Source of the DNA: Terriglobia bacterium
Lineage (GTDB): Bacteria; Acidobacteriota; Terriglobia; 20CM-2-55-15
Assembly (NCBI GenBank): GCA_963664115.2
Contig: CAXWPJ010000009.1
Coordinates: 1,229,898 to 1,293,897, forward strand
Reading direction: 5' to 3'
DNA: 64,000 bases
Shown: in pieces, positions 19,148-29,892 of the stretch
How the letters are laid out: the number at the start of each line of letters is the position of its first letter
Position numbering within the stretch: the stretch's first letter is position 1
Program-made: the position numbers and the translations under genes
The notes under the pieces: generated by a model
What the model was told of the DNA's origin: nothing
The model's database searches: none
Seen by the model: the letters and a program-made list of their open reading frames with translations, nothing else

Positions 19148-19696
19148 ATGGTTGACGGATTGATTCGGAACAAAGCAGCCGGTGGAAACGGTTTTTCGCT
19201 GATCGAGGTTCTGGTCGTAGTTGGAATCATTCTCGTCCTGATTGGTGTGGCCTTGCCGAACCTGACCAGCATGAATGCCGCGATGTTGCTGGACGGGACC
19301 GCTCGCGGTATGGGTTCGCTGGTGCAAAGAGCCCATTACGACGCGATCAGCGACACGACCGGCTACCGTGTGGTGATCTACGGCGCGAACTCAAGTTCGA
19401 ACGCAAACTCTTACAAGCTGCAGCGAATGGTTCCGGCCGCCCCTTTCAGCCTGACGGCAGGGTCCAACTGGACTGACGTCGGGGATCCTATTCCAATTCC
19501 GAGAGGGATTGACATGGTGACGAACGCCCCGGAAGTGAGTACGGGTGTTGTGGCGGTGATTCTTGACAGTGCCGGAGACGTCATCGATGAAAACGGTGCC
19601 TACATTACTTCGGAGATCACCATCACGCTTACCAATGATCTTGGAGACAGCAATATTGTCTATATCGCATCCACAAGTCACGTCCGGATCGTGTAA
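19148..19696 (+). CDS. Type IV minor pilin, FimT/GspH-like
   Basis: Prepilin motif G|FSLIEVLVVVGII; RBS upstream. Confidence 0.85.
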   Translation: MVDGLIRNKAAGGNGFSLIEVLVVVGIILVLIGVALPNLTSMNAAMLLDGTARGMGSLVQRAHYDAISDTTGYRVVIYGANSSSNANSYKLQRMVPAAPFSLTAGSNWTDVGDPIPIPRGIDMVTNAPEVSTGVVAVILDSAGDVIDENGAYITSEITITLTNDLGDSNIVYIASTSHVRIV

Positions 19697-20096
19697 ATCA
19701 AGATCCGGCGAGGCCGGAATGACTTTAGTCGAAGTGATGGTATCGGCCCTCATTTTGATCGTTGGGGTTATGGCGGCTGCCGGAGCTCTGACGGCCAGCA
19801 TCATTGGTACGAGGACCAGCCAGGACATCACACGAATCACGGCAGGTATGCGCCAGAAAATGGAAGAACTGAGATCGACGGACTATGCCTCACTCGCTAC
19901 AGGCAGCGACTACCTGGATGTCAATGGCGCTTCCCAATCCAGTTCCACCGGAGCCGCTTACACTCGCACTTGGACCGTGACTGCAGATTCACCAACAGCC
20001 GGGCTTTCTAAAATCGACATTACAGTTACCGCCGCGCAGGTTTTCGTCCAAACAATACCGATTCAATTTTCAGTCAGCTCCTACAGGGCGCCGTAG
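19635..20096 (+). CDS. Type IV minor pilin, PilV-like (start uncertain)
   Basis: G|MTLVEVMVSALIL; KMEELR; YTRTWTV. Confidence 0.8.
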   Translation: MILETAILSISHPQVTSGSCKSRSGEAGMTLVEVMVSALILIVGVMAAAGALTASIIGTRTSQDITRITAGMRQKMEELRSTDYASLATGSDYLDVNGASQSSSTGAAYTRTWTVTADSPTAGLSKIDITVTAAQVFVQTIPIQFSVSSYRAP

Positions 20097-20131
20097 CCTT
20101 CCAGGGAGTTAGCATAATGAGGCTGTGACCT

Positions 20132-21043
20132 ATGAACACGAGCAGGAATCACGGATACTCACTCATCGAGATCATGGTTGCGCTCGCGGTATTGCTAGTC
20201 ATTCTGGGAGCAGTCTTTCTGCTGGTGACTCAGAATCAGCAAACCTACCAGATTCAGCAAGCGCGGCTTGAAGCCGGGCAGAACGCCCGTCTTGCGTCAG
20301 AAAGAATCGGGCGCGAACTTCTTTCCGCTGGATACAACACGCCCAGCGGTGTCACACCCATCAACGGTGCGACTGCGAACAGTATTACTTTTTCAGGGGA
20401 TGTGAACGACGACGGTACGGCTGAAAGGGTAACTTTCGCGTTGTCTGGAACGACGATCACGCGGACCAGTCAGCCTCTGGATGCAGACGGAAATCTGACC
20501 GGAACCGCAACGACACAAACTCTTGCCTCCAATATATCCGCATTGGACTTCACCTATTTTCTCAATAGCGGTGAAGCCGGCACGTTTGTGGGGATGCCGG
20601 GATCTCCGATCGCCTCCCTGAAGCCGAGGTTTGAAATCTTCGCATTTCTTCGCATTCTGGCCAGTCGAATGGGATTCGTCACTTACGCAGCACAGAATAC
20701 AAACTCAAACTCAAACTCAAACTCAAATTCGAACTCTAACGAAAGCAGTGCTGGCTCAGGCGGTCAAAATTCGGTGGCAACGGCCGATCTTGGACTGATT
20801 TCCCGGGTCAACTTGGGCGTGACCTCGGTTTCTACCACTGACGATCCGGTCTCAGGTGACCCGATAAGCGTGACGATAAATACCGATGTCACTCTGCGTG
20901 GTGAATCGATAACAGGCTTCATCACGTCGGGCGGTAGCGCCAACGCGAATTCAAACGCCAATTCAAACAGCAACACCAATAGCAACGCCAACGCGAACAC
21001 GAATACGAATACGAACAGTAATTCCAACAGTAACGGGAGCTGA
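20132..21043 (+). CDS. Type IV minor pilin, PilW-like, with Asn-rich repeats
   Basis: G|YSLIEIMVAL; RELLSAGY; (NS/NA/NT)n tracts. Confidence 0.85.
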   Translation: MNTSRNHGYSLIEIMVALAVLLVILGAVFLLVTQNQQTYQIQQARLEAGQNARLASERIGRELLSAGYNTPSGVTPINGATANSITFSGDVNDDGTAERVTFALSGTTITRTSQPLDADGNLTGTATTQTLASNISALDFTYFLNSGEAGTFVGMPGSPIASLKPRFEIFAFLRILASRMGFVTYAAQNTNSNSNSNSNSNSNESSAGSGGQNSVATADLGLISRVNLGVTSVSTTDDPVSGDPISVTINTDVTLRGESITGFITSGGSANANSNANSNSNTNSNANANTNTNTNSNSNSNGS

Positions 21044-21050
21044 GGCGGCG

Positions 21051-22304
21051 GTGAGAAGAATCTGTTCAGTAGTGGCGCGTGCGTTTGCGAAGAGATCCGG
21101 CCGTAGACATCAGGCTGGAGTTGCTCTGATTACCACGCTGATCCTGCTCTCGCTGATGAGTGCACTGACACTCGCCCTTCTCACCAATCTATCGGAAGAT
21201 CTGCGATCCAGCGCTGCTCTGGAGAGCGGCCTGGTCCTGTTTTACGGGGTGGATGCCGGGATTGAAGAGATGCGGGTGCGTTGGTTGTACGGTGCCAGTT
21301 CTCGGGTGACACCACCGGCGGCGCCGACACCGGATTGGGCGGGTTATATCCGCCAGTCGTCCTCTGTCGACATCCTGACCCTTGATCCCGCATACGACGA
21401 CTACGCCTCAACGACGGTTGTTGATGGACTCGGTACGCCTCCCTACACTTTGGTTAAAATCTTCTACAACACCGAGGCCAACAAGAATCGTGACGTGAAC
21501 GGCGACGCCTCCCTCGACAGCACGACCGTCATGTACCTGGGCGACGATGGGGCCGGAGGGCTTGCCCGGAATCTTACGGCAACAGGAGCTCCGGTTCTCA
21601 CGATTCAGGCGTACGTGGAGGACGACGATCGAAGAGAAATGGTCGAGGCGGAGATCATTTCGATTTTCGTAACGATCCCGACTGTCGACGCCGTCGTCAG
21701 AGCGAACGACGACGCCACCTTCAACGGCAATCTGTCTGTCAATAAGCTGGATTCTCAGGGAACGCTTCCGGGCGTCCAGGCCGGAGGTACCGCAGAGACG
21801 CCCGGGGCGAGCCAATTCTTTATTCCCTCCGGTGCTGACGACGTCGTTTCTGGAGTCACACCGGACTACGATACGGCCAGCTACGTAGCGGCCGCGGCAG
21901 AGGTCTTCACGTTGATCACCGAATACGCGACGCCAACCGTGACCCAGGCCGACCTTTACCGCTGGACCGGCTTCGCAGTGGGTTCTGACGCTAGCCCCGC
22001 CTTGATGTACAGCGACCGCTCCATCGACATCAACGGAAACAACGGAAGCACTTACGGAATCATGGTCGTTGATGGTGATGTGAGTTTGTCGAATCTTGCG
22101 TTCTACGGCCTCATAATCGCTTCCGGCGACATCACTATGGGAGGCGGAGGATCAAGCGGTGGAAACATTTACGGAGCAGCGATAGCGGGTGGAAGCTACA
22201 CAGGTGGAGGCAGCTTCAGCCTGCAACTGGACAGGGATCGCATCGACAACTATCTGAACGCGATCCGGACCAAAGTGATCACTTTCAGGGAAATACGGAA
22301 ATGA
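21051..22304 (+). CDS. PilX-like pilus assembly protein
   Basis: QAG|VALITTLILL lacking E5; DAGIEE; C-terminal GIMVVDGDV/YGAAIAGG repeats. Confidence 0.8.
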   Translation: MRRICSVVARAFAKRSGRRHQAGVALITTLILLSLMSALTLALLTNLSEDLRSSAALESGLVLFYGVDAGIEEMRVRWLYGASSRVTPPAAPTPDWAGYIRQSSSVDILTLDPAYDDYASTTVVDGLGTPPYTLVKIFYNTEANKNRDVNGDASLDSTTVMYLGDDGAGGLARNLTATGAPVLTIQAYVEDDDRREMVEAEIISIFVTIPTVDAVVRANDDATFNGNLSVNKLDSQGTLPGVQAGGTAETPGASQFFIPSGADDVVSGVTPDYDTASYVAAAAEVFTLITEYATPTVTQADLYRWTGFAVGSDASPALMYSDRSIDINGNNGSTYGIMVVDGDVSLSNLAFYGLIIASGDITMGGGGSSGGNIYGAAIAGGSYTGGGSFSLQLDRDRIDNYLNAIRTKVITFREIRK

Positions 22305-22475
22305 CACTCTGCGATCGGAGAAAATGTTCTCTGTTTGGTGTTCAGAAACATGAGTAACGAGTCCAACAAGCTGTCGGGTATCTCAGTTGTCCTGCCCTGT
22401 CACAACGAACGCGACAATCTTGCTGACGTCGTGTCGAAATCGATAGCGTCAGCGGCGTCCTGTGCTCACACTAGC

Positions 22476-24322
22476 CCCAAAACAAGCGCATAACCAGTCC
22501 GCCGAGGCCCAGTTCGCGCCGATAGAATTCGAGGCATAGAATCCCGTTCCCGGATGGCCTGTTCCAGGTATCGAGTTTCTGTTGAATCTGTTTCAGTTCA
22601 GCCTCGCTGGTGTTGGACGGTTGACAGAAACCGGGACCTCGATCGCCCGGGCTCAGAGTCATGATCGGGTCAACATCGCAGAGGCTGACGCAACACATCC
22701 ACCCCGCGGAACAAGACCGGCAACCACCGGTTCCAGGCCAGGATCCGGAACAGAATGCGCCGCCCGGTGCGCACGAGTTGGCACGGCACAAGCATGAAAG
22801 CGTTCAAGAAGGTTTTGAACTCCATGCGCAGCACGGTTTGCTTCTCAGCCTGATATTTTTGGCCCCAACGTCCGGTTTCGGGAAGCAGCAATGCAAACCA
22901 CGCTTTCAGTGTCCAGGCCAGTGACGCGATCACCATGTAGGCCCAGTTGCTGGTCTGATCTCCGACCGGCATCCGCAACGCCTGAACGCCGTTCTTCAAC
23001 TGCTCAATGAGATTCTCCTGATTGCACCGTTGATTGGCACGCATCACAATCTGGTCGGCCGGATCCGAACGGTTGGTAATGTAGAAGAAGTACCGGATGT
23101 CGTCAAACAACACCTGCTCTCCTTTGGCCACCGACAGATTCTTCCGCACCACGACGACACGGTAGTCCCGATCGCAGGCTCCGGGTCGATACCGAAACTC
23201 GGCCACATCCTCACCCTGCAAGCGGATATTGTCGAAACCGCGCTGCCGAACGATCTCTTCCTTCACGTTGTCGGGACGTTGGCGCGGTTCGGTCGCCACG
23301 TCGTATTTCGCGGGCCGTTCCAGGCGCTTCCACTGGCGCGGCTCCAGTTCATCGGCCCGGGCCTTCAGGTTCGCCATCGCGTCAATCCCGAATATGAAAC
23401 CCACCTGCTGGTCGTCCCATCCGTCCAGATGCCGGGTCTGGCTGAAGTCCGTGTCCCCGCGCAGCAGGATCTGGCGAAACCCCGCATGCCGGCACAATGC
23501 GATGGCTTGGTCGAACCGGACCGCGGCTCCTTCATGCGACGGCCGGTTGCCGCTACGATTGACCAGATACAGCGGTTCGGCGGTGTTGGCCAGCGAGATC
23601 ATCAGCGGGTGATATCCCCACGTCCCGTCGTAGGCCACGTCCATCCCTTGCTTGCATTCCCCCGTGGTTTCGGCCAGTGTCCCGTCCGCGTCCAACACCG
23701 CTTCTTCGAAAAACGCCGCCGGTTGCTGTCGCCAGACTCCGAGCCGGACTTGATTGGTTGCCTCCATCAGACACTCCACGTCGTCGGCCTCGAATCTCCG
23801 GCAGAAGTCTCCCGCCGTCGTCGGATCCGGAATCCGTTGCGCTCCCAGCGCATCCAGATACACCGCATCGTTGCGCCGCAGTTCGATGTCTTCCAGGCAC
23901 GTTCCTCCGCTCAAGGCGTTGTAGGCGATGTTCAGCACGTGATCCGACTCGTGATACGGCAGGTGCCGCTTCAACACATGCACGCCCTTGTCGATGGCTT
24001 CGATCAGCCCGGTCCGCCGCGCCACCAGTTGCATCGTCCCGATACCACCAACCGATGTGCCCCGCGTCCGCTCTCCCATCTCGTACTGAATGTTGCTCGC
24101 CGAAAACATCGGCTCTACCTGATCCGTCCAATGCCGGTCCCCAAGCCGACGTTCGATTCGCCGCTTGCGGTTCCTCATGTTCTTGCGCGTATAATCGTTC
24201 ATCTGAAATGCCTCCTTTTCCGAAGAATCTGTTCAAGGTTTTTTTCGCACGGAGAGGGGGCATTTCGGGTACTTCCGCTCTTATTGCACTATCATTTCCT
24301 CGTCAATCACGCTTGTTCAGGG
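22476..24322 (-). mobile_element. IS1380-family element copy 1 (1847 bp)
   Basis: IRs CCCTGAACAAGCG/CGCTTGTTTTGGG; TSD ACTAGC (22470-22475, 24323-24328). Confidence 0.95.
22670..24202 (-). CDS. IS1380-family DDE transposase
   Basis: LDADGT, GYHPL, LRGDTDF, RCNQENLIEQLK. Confidence 0.92.
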   Translation of the reverse strand: MNDYTRKNMRNRKRRIERRLGDRHWTDQVEPMFSASNIQYEMGERTRGTSVGGIGTMQLVARRTGLIEAIDKGVHVLKRHLPYHESDHVLNIAYNALSGGTCLEDIELRRNDAVYLDALGAQRIPDPTTAGDFCRRFEADDVECLMEATNQVRLGVWRQQPAAFFEEAVLDADGTLAETTGECKQGMDVAYDGTWGYHPLMISLANTAEPLYLVNRSGNRPSHEGAAVRFDQAIALCRHAGFRQILLRGDTDFSQTRHLDGWDDQQVGFIFGIDAMANLKARADELEPRQWKRLERPAKYDVATEPRQRPDNVKEEIVRQRGFDNIRLQGEDVAEFRYRPGACDRDYRVVVVRKNLSVAKGEQVLFDDIRYFFYITNRSDPADQIVMRANQRCNQENLIEQLKNGVQALRMPVGDQTSNWAYMVIASLAWTLKAWFALLLPETGRWGQKYQAEKQTVLRMEFKTFLNAFMLVPCQLVRTGRRILFRILAWNRWLPVLFRGVDVLRQPLRC

Positions 24323-25089
24323 ACTAGCGAGGTTATCGTTGTTTGTGACGGAACCACGGATGGTTCCGATCAAGAGGCCGCGCGGCTCCAGACGATCTAT
24401 CCGAACCTGAGGATCGTCACCCACGATCACAATCTTGGATACGGCGCCGCGGTCTGGAGCGGAATGAGCGCGGCCAATCTCGAATTCGTGTTCTTCACCG
24501 ACGCCGATGGACAATTCGACCCGCAGGAGATGAACCTCCTTGTCGCAGCTCTGGGCACGAATTCCGGTGTTCTTGGCTACCGGGCGCAGAGGAACGACCC
24601 CCCGGGTCGGCGTCTTTTAGGGTGGGTTTATACACAGCTCAGTTGTCTTGCTTTCGGCGTTCGCGCACGTGACATGAATTGCGCATTCAAACTCTTACGC
24701 AGGTCCACCATTGCCGACCTTCCCATGCGATCGAGGGGGGCATTGTTCAACGGGGAACTCCTCGCCCGGCTTTGCCAGAGGGGCGCCAGATTTGGGGAAG
24801 TTGGAGTCCATCACTACCCTCGAGTGCACGGGCAGCAATCGGGCGCCCGGGCTGGGGTGGTGTTCGGCGCGTTCTGCGAGTTTGTAGCGCTCTGGTGGGC
24901 GCTTCGATGGTCGGAACCGAGCTGCGATTCCGTGTACGCACACGAACCGAAGCGCCCGTCTCGCACTCCAGTCTAAGCGAAGTTCTTGGATCTAGATTCG
25001 GCAGACTTATCCCGTACGATTCCAGAGCAGGATTCACCGCCCCGGATTCCAAAACTTGGCTTCGATCAACCTCTGAGCCACAATCCCTT

Positions 25090-26634
25090 ATGAAATCGAA
25101 CCTGCCACCGCCCGGGGCAAACCGTCCGATCAAGTATCTGAGTGAGTTTTACCGGGTCTTGAGCCGGCCTTTTTGGCAATACATCCTGGCCGGCACGGCG
25201 ACTTTCACATACTTCGGTTGGATTCAGCTTTCCGTCGGACAACTCGCTGGAAACGACGGCTACTATCACCTTCGAATGGCCTCGCTGCTTCTTCGAAACG
25301 GATTTCTTCCTTTCTCGTTCCCATACATGCCCATGAGCATCCTTTCCGAGACTGAGTTTGCGGATCATCACTACCTTTTCCATGCCGCTATCGCGCCGTT
25401 CCTGATCCTGGGTGATGAATTGGTGATGGGCAAGATCGCCGCCGCAACCTTTGCCGCAACCGTGGGCGTTACGTTTTTCTTTCTGTTGCGCCAGTACGAG
25501 GTCCGTTGGCCGTGGTTGTGGCTGATTCTTCTTGGAGCCGCTTCCCAGCCCTTCCTTTACCGCATGTCAATGCTTCGCGCACAGAGTCTCGGCGCGGTCT
25601 TGTTAGTGCTGGCTATCTGGCTCACGCTGCGGCGGGCGCGGTGGGGGCTGTTTGTTCTGGGTTTCGTTTTTGCCTGGATGTATATGGCCTATCCCATAGT
25701 CGGAGCGGTCGTGGTTTTGGCCGTCATTGCCGAGTGGCTGGCGAATCGTCGTTGGCTCGTCGGGCCCGTCGTCTTCACGGCTGCGGGGACGCTTGCCGGT
25801 ACTCTGACCCATCCCTATGGATTTAACTATGTGATTTTTGTCACCCGTCACCTCGCAACCAAGCTGGTCAGCGACTATCCCGTCCGAGTGGGTAACGAAT
25901 GGTATCCATTCGATACAAACGACCTCTTGCAACACAGCTGGATCGCCCTCGCGTGCTTTCTGGCAGGACTGGTCGCGGTCGATCGTTCCAGTGAACGGAG
26001 TCGCGCGATGACGTATGCGATGGCCTTGGTGTCGATCGTGATGTTCGTTCTGTTGTTCAAGCATCGACGATTCGTCGAATACTGGCCGCTGTTTTCCGTA
26101 CTGCTGGCCGCCTTCAGTTTCGGGACGATGTCCAGAGTGCCCAGATTCCGGATCAGATTGCCAATACTCGTTTTGGTGACGGTGGCGGGTGCGTACTTTG
26201 CTCTCGAGCGAGGGAGGGAAACCATTGGTGAAATGACCTCAGAACGTGGCGCGGCCCCGATTGTCGAGGCGGGTGCGTGGTTGATGGAGAATACTCCTCC
26301 AGGTGAGCGAATCTTTCACGCCGACTGGGATGATTTTCCGATGCTCTTCTTTGGAGCACCGGGAAATACTTTCCTGTCCGGTCTCGATCCGATGTTCATG
26401 TATCTGAAGGACAGCGATCGGTCCGAAAGTTACGGAAAAGTGACCCAAACCGGGAATCGTGCGGTGGACGTGATACTGGAGGAATTCCAATCACGTTTTG
26501 TGTTCCTTACCAATGACCATGGAAACTTGCGAAACGCACTCGATCGAGACGCTCGCGCGAGCCCTATCTTCCTGTCCGGGTGTTGCTCGGTGTTTGAGCT
26601 GACTCAACCGGAGTCGGGAGAGTCACTGCCTTAA
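25090..26634 (+). CDS. Multi-TM GT-C-fold glycosyltransferase-like protein
   Basis: DGYYHLRMA, DHHYLFH, ~11 TM helices, GNEWYP, WDDFP...GLDP periplasmic tail. Confidence 0.7.
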   Translation: MKSNLPPPGANRPIKYLSEFYRVLSRPFWQYILAGTATFTYFGWIQLSVGQLAGNDGYYHLRMASLLLRNGFLPFSFPYMPMSILSETEFADHHYLFHAAIAPFLILGDELVMGKIAAATFAATVGVTFFFLLRQYEVRWPWLWLILLGAASQPFLYRMSMLRAQSLGAVLLVLAIWLTLRRARWGLFVLGFVFAWMYMAYPIVGAVVVLAVIAEWLANRRWLVGPVVFTAAGTLAGTLTHPYGFNYVIFVTRHLATKLVSDYPVRVGNEWYPFDTNDLLQHSWIALACFLAGLVAVDRSSERSRAMTYAMALVSIVMFVLLFKHRRFVEYWPLFSVLLAAFSFGTMSRVPRFRIRLPILVLVTVAGAYFALERGRETIGEMTSERGAAPIVEAGAWLMENTPPGERIFHADWDDFPMLFFGAPGNTFLSGLDPMFMYLKDSDRSESYGKVTQTGNRAVDVILEEFQSRFVFLTNDHGNLRNALDRDARASPIFLSGCCSVFELTQPESGESLP

Positions 26635-26644
26635 CGGTCGGATT

Positions 26645-26704
26645 GTCGGATTACAGGCCCGATCGCGAAGGGCCGTCGGACTACAGGCCTGATCGCGACG
26701 TGCC
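26645..26704. repeat. Imperfect 30-bp tandem duplication over the ABC exporter stop codon
   Basis: GTCGGATTACAGGCCCGATCGCGAAGGGCC / GTCGGACTACAGGCCTGATCGCGACGTGCC. Confidence 0.7.
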
Positions 26705-28588
26705 AAGGATATGCCGCAACCCCGCATCACCCTCAGCGGATTTCGGATTTGCTTCTTCGGCTTCAGCGTCAGTCTCTCCCGGGTTGATCAAGCGGTTCGC
26801 TTCCAGATCGGCCTGGCGGGTGTAGAGCTCGAAATAGCGGCCCTGGCGGGCTATCAGTTCCTGGTGATCGCCGCGTTCCACGATCTCTCCGTCTTCCAGG
26901 ATCAATATCTGATCAGCGCTACGGATCGTACTGAGCCGATGGGCGATCACGAATGTCGTTCGGCCCCGCATCAGGGCGGCCAGACCCTCCTGGATATAGG
27001 CTTCGCTTTCCGTGTCCAGGCTGGACGTCGCTTCATCGAGTATGAGTATGCGCGGATCGGCCAGGATTGCCCGGGCGATTGCTACCCGTTGCCGCTGGCC
27101 TCCCGATAGCTTCACACCCCGCTCGCCGATGATGGTTTCATAGCCTTTTTCCATCTTGAGAGCGAATTCGTCCACCCTTGCGATCCGGGCCGCGTCCTCT
27201 AAGGCTTCCGGCGTCGCATCCGGCCGGCCGAAGAGAATGTTTTCGCGAATGGTGCCATCAAAGAGAAAATTGTCCTGGAGAACCACTCCGAGTTGCGAGC
27301 GGTAGGACTCCAGTTTCACTGTGGACAGATCAACGCCGTCCACCCGGATGGTTCCGCCGACCGGCTTCGCAAACGCAGACACCAGACCAATCAAGGTGCT
27401 TTTACCCGACCCGGAAGAGCCGGCGAGGGCCGTTACGGTCCCCGGCGCGGATTGGAGACTCACGTTCCGCAATACCGGAGTGTCCTTTTCATACTCGAAG
27501 CTGACGCCGTCGAAGATCACTTCACCGCGCATTTCATCGAGAGACTGCGTTCGATTGGGGTCGACGTCTTCCGGGGTTTCTTCCATTACTTCCCGTACCC
27601 GGTCGAGACCCGCAACCGCTTCCGTGATCTGGCTTCCGATCGAAACGACCTGCACCACCGGGGCGACCATGAATCCCATGTAAAGCGTGTAGGCAAAAAA
27701 ATCGCCCACGGTCATGGCGTCCGACATGATCAGGCGTGCCCCGACCATCATCACGGTGACGCTGACGATACCCAGGAGGAGCGTCGCTGCCAGGCTGACA
27801 ACCGCCGTGGCGGTCAGTGTTTTCCTCACGTTCTCGAAAAGCCTCATTGCGCCTTCGGCGAAGGTTTCAGCTTCTCGTTTTTCCGCGTGGAATCCCTTGA
27901 CGATTCGTATACCCCCAAACGATTCGGTCAACCTTCCGGTCACTTCCTGCCGAATCTTTCCGCGTTCTCTGAAAACCGGCCGGATCGTCCGAAAGGCACG
28001 TTTGAGGATCAGCCCGAATACTGCCAGGAAGCCCATGCTGATCAGGGTGAGCGTGGCATTGATCGTCATCAATATGACAAAGGCGACGACGGCTGTGATC
28101 ACGCCCCCGACAAACTGTACGAGGCCCGTGCCTACGAGGTTGCGTACACCTTCGATATCCGACATCACGCGGCTGACGAGTCCGCCTGCCTTATTCGCGT
28201 CGAAATAGCGGACCGAAAGACGGCCGACGTGGGCCTGTATCTTGATGCGCATGTCTGCAATCAGACGTTGTGCGGAAACGCTCAAAAAGATCGCCAGTGA
28301 GTACGACGTCACGGCTTGTACGAGGACGGCCACGCCGACTACGGATACCAAAGGAATGAGCAAGCCCGCGTTCGCAGGGGCAATCACATCGTCGATGAGA
28401 AACTTCATGGACCCTGGGAGCACGAGGCCGGCGAGCCGATTGATGATGACCAGACCCAAACCCATCGCCAGGGCTCCCCGCCGGGGCCAGATCAGATCAC
28501 GGAATTCTTTGAGTGCCTGCCGGGGCGGCATTTTCCTTCGCTTTTTCTTGAGCTCCGGTTGACCGGAGGCAACAACATCAGGACTCAA
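26681..28588 (-). CDS. ABC exporter, fused permease/ATPase
   Basis: N-terminal TM domain; GSSGSGKS, LSGGQRQR, ILDEATS, IAHRLS. Confidence 0.93.
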   Translation of the reverse strand: MSPDVVASGQPELKKKRRKMPPRQALKEFRDLIWPRRGALAMGLGLVIINRLAGLVLPGSMKFLIDDVIAPANAGLLIPLVSVVGVAVLVQAVTSYSLAIFLSVSAQRLIADMRIKIQAHVGRLSVRYFDANKAGGLVSRVMSDIEGVRNLVGTGLVQFVGGVITAVVAFVILMTINATLTLISMGFLAVFGLILKRAFRTIRPVFRERGKIRQEVTGRLTESFGGIRIVKGFHAEKREAETFAEGAMRLFENVRKTLTATAVVSLAATLLLGIVSVTVMMVGARLIMSDAMTVGDFFAYTLYMGFMVAPVVQVVSIGSQITEAVAGLDRVREVMEETPEDVDPNRTQSLDEMRGEVIFDGVSFEYEKDTPVLRNVSLQSAPGTVTALAGSSGSGKSTLIGLVSAFAKPVGGTIRVDGVDLSTVKLESYRSQLGVVLQDNFLFDGTIRENILFGRPDATPEALEDAARIARVDEFALKMEKGYETIIGERGVKLSGGQRQRVAIARAILADPRILILDEATSSLDTESEAYIQEGLAALMRGRTTFVIAHRLSTIRSADQILILEDGEIVERGDHQELIARQGRYFELYTRQADLEANRLINPGETDAEAEEANPKSAEGDAGLRHILGTSRSGL

Positions 28589-28892
28589 TTTCTAAATCTC
28601 CTCACACCTCGGGACCGAGATTGCCCCCATCGTATCGCATTGCCTAATAAGTCAGGGTCAGGCGTCTGTCCCCAAACTTAGCCTCAGACGCTAACTCGTG
28701 ATGAACGGGCTTTTCTGAAGATGTATGGTCATGGTATAAATCGGAGGTTCGGATAGTCTGCTGAATTCGATTCAGATTCGTTGCAATTATCCCGGGGGAC
28801 GAAAGAAAATCATTGCCTGTTCAAGCTCTTGGACTTCCCCAGTTGAGCATGTTTTAATTAAAGATGAGTTTTCCTGACAAACAGATCTGGAG

Positions 28893-29846
28893 GTGTCTAT
28901 GATCGCGACTTTGATGCTGCTTCTGATCCTGCCATTCCCCGCGCTACAGACTGAAGCAGAGGAGGCCTACAGGCAGCAATATCAGGAGTATACCCGGATA
29001 TCTCGGCTGACAGATCCTGCAGAACAGGCTGGGCGCTACCTGGCTTTCCTGGGGATGGAAATTGACGAACGGCTTGTGGGCCCGGCCCTGACGGGATTGC
29101 AGGGAGATCTGCAGGCTTTGACACAGGCGCAGAATTTCGATGCAGTGTACGAGTTGGCCGACCAATGGTTTGAATTGAGGAATGAGATGCAGCCGATCGC
29201 TTTTGCGCTGCAGGCGGCAAACACTGCAGGGAATTCCGAACAGATCGTCAATTATGGCGAGAGATTTTATCAGAGTCAGCCTGATCCGCAGATTGCTTCG
29301 ATTCTGGCACAGAATTATTTGCAGCTTGGTAACGCAGCGAAGATTCGAGAATTCGGTGAAATCGCCATCGAGAACTTCCCGATCGAGCAAACCTGGAACA
29401 TTGCGTACACGTTGGTGAGACAGGATCAGGACGCCGAGCGCTGGGCTGCCGCCGCAACGATGGCCAAGCGTATACAGAGCTTGAACGCCGCGCCTGAGGG
29501 CCAAACAGCCGCTCAGTGGGGTGATATCCAGCTTTACCTTCAGACTACGGTTGCCGGCGCTGCCTATGAATCAGGTCAGTGGCAACAGGCTATCAACGAA
29601 TACAATAGCTTGTTGGGACTGGCCCCCCAGAGCGACGAAGCCTACTATTTCATCGGCCAGGGTGAACTCAAGCTTGAGAATATCGCGGAATCGATGAGCT
29701 CTTTTGCCAAGTCGTACATACTGGACGGCGGTTACTCCGACGCGGCCTATGACATGTTGCGGACGATCTACGGTGCCAACACCGGAGGTAACTTGCAGGG
29801 CATGGATAACGTCGTTAACGATGCCCGCCAGGAACTTAGAAATTAA
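28893..29846 (+). CDS. Exported TPR-repeat protein
   Basis: RBS GGAGG, signal peptide, AYYFIGQ-type TPR helices. Confidence 0.75.
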   Translation: MSMIATLMLLLILPFPALQTEAEEAYRQQYQEYTRISRLTDPAEQAGRYLAFLGMEIDERLVGPALTGLQGDLQALTQAQNFDAVYELADQWFELRNEMQPIAFALQAANTAGNSEQIVNYGERFYQSQPDPQIASILAQNYLQLGNAAKIREFGEIAIENFPIEQTWNIAYTLVRQDQDAERWAAAATMAKRIQSLNAAPEGQTAAQWGDIQLYLQTTVAGAAYESGQWQQAINEYNSLLGLAPQSDEAYYFIGQGELKLENIAESMSSFAKSYILDGGYSDAAYDMLRTIYGANTGGNLQGMDNVVNDARQELRN

Positions 29847-29855
29847 GCCATCCGA

Positions 29856-29892
29856 GTCGTAGGGCCCGGCGAGAGCGCTTGGGCCCCACGAC
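29856..29892 (+). terminator. GC-rich stem-loop after the TPR gene
   Basis: GTCGTAGGGCCC...GGGCCCCACGAC; no U-tract. Confidence 0.4.

Larger units (their letters stand above)
22350..24976 (+). pseudogene. GT2 glycosyltransferase (polyprenol-phosphate type) interrupted by IS1380 copy 1
   Basis: ISVVLPCHNERDNL...CAHTS | EVIVVCDGTTDGS...NLGYG...FTDADGQF joins in frame once the IS and one TSD copy are removed. Confidence 0.9.

Noticed and set aside
23030-24976. 648-aa ORF (and its 497/439/460-aa equivalents at the other IS copies)
   Set aside because: Antisense frame of the IS1380 transposase reading out into flanking DNA; only the GT2 tail is real.
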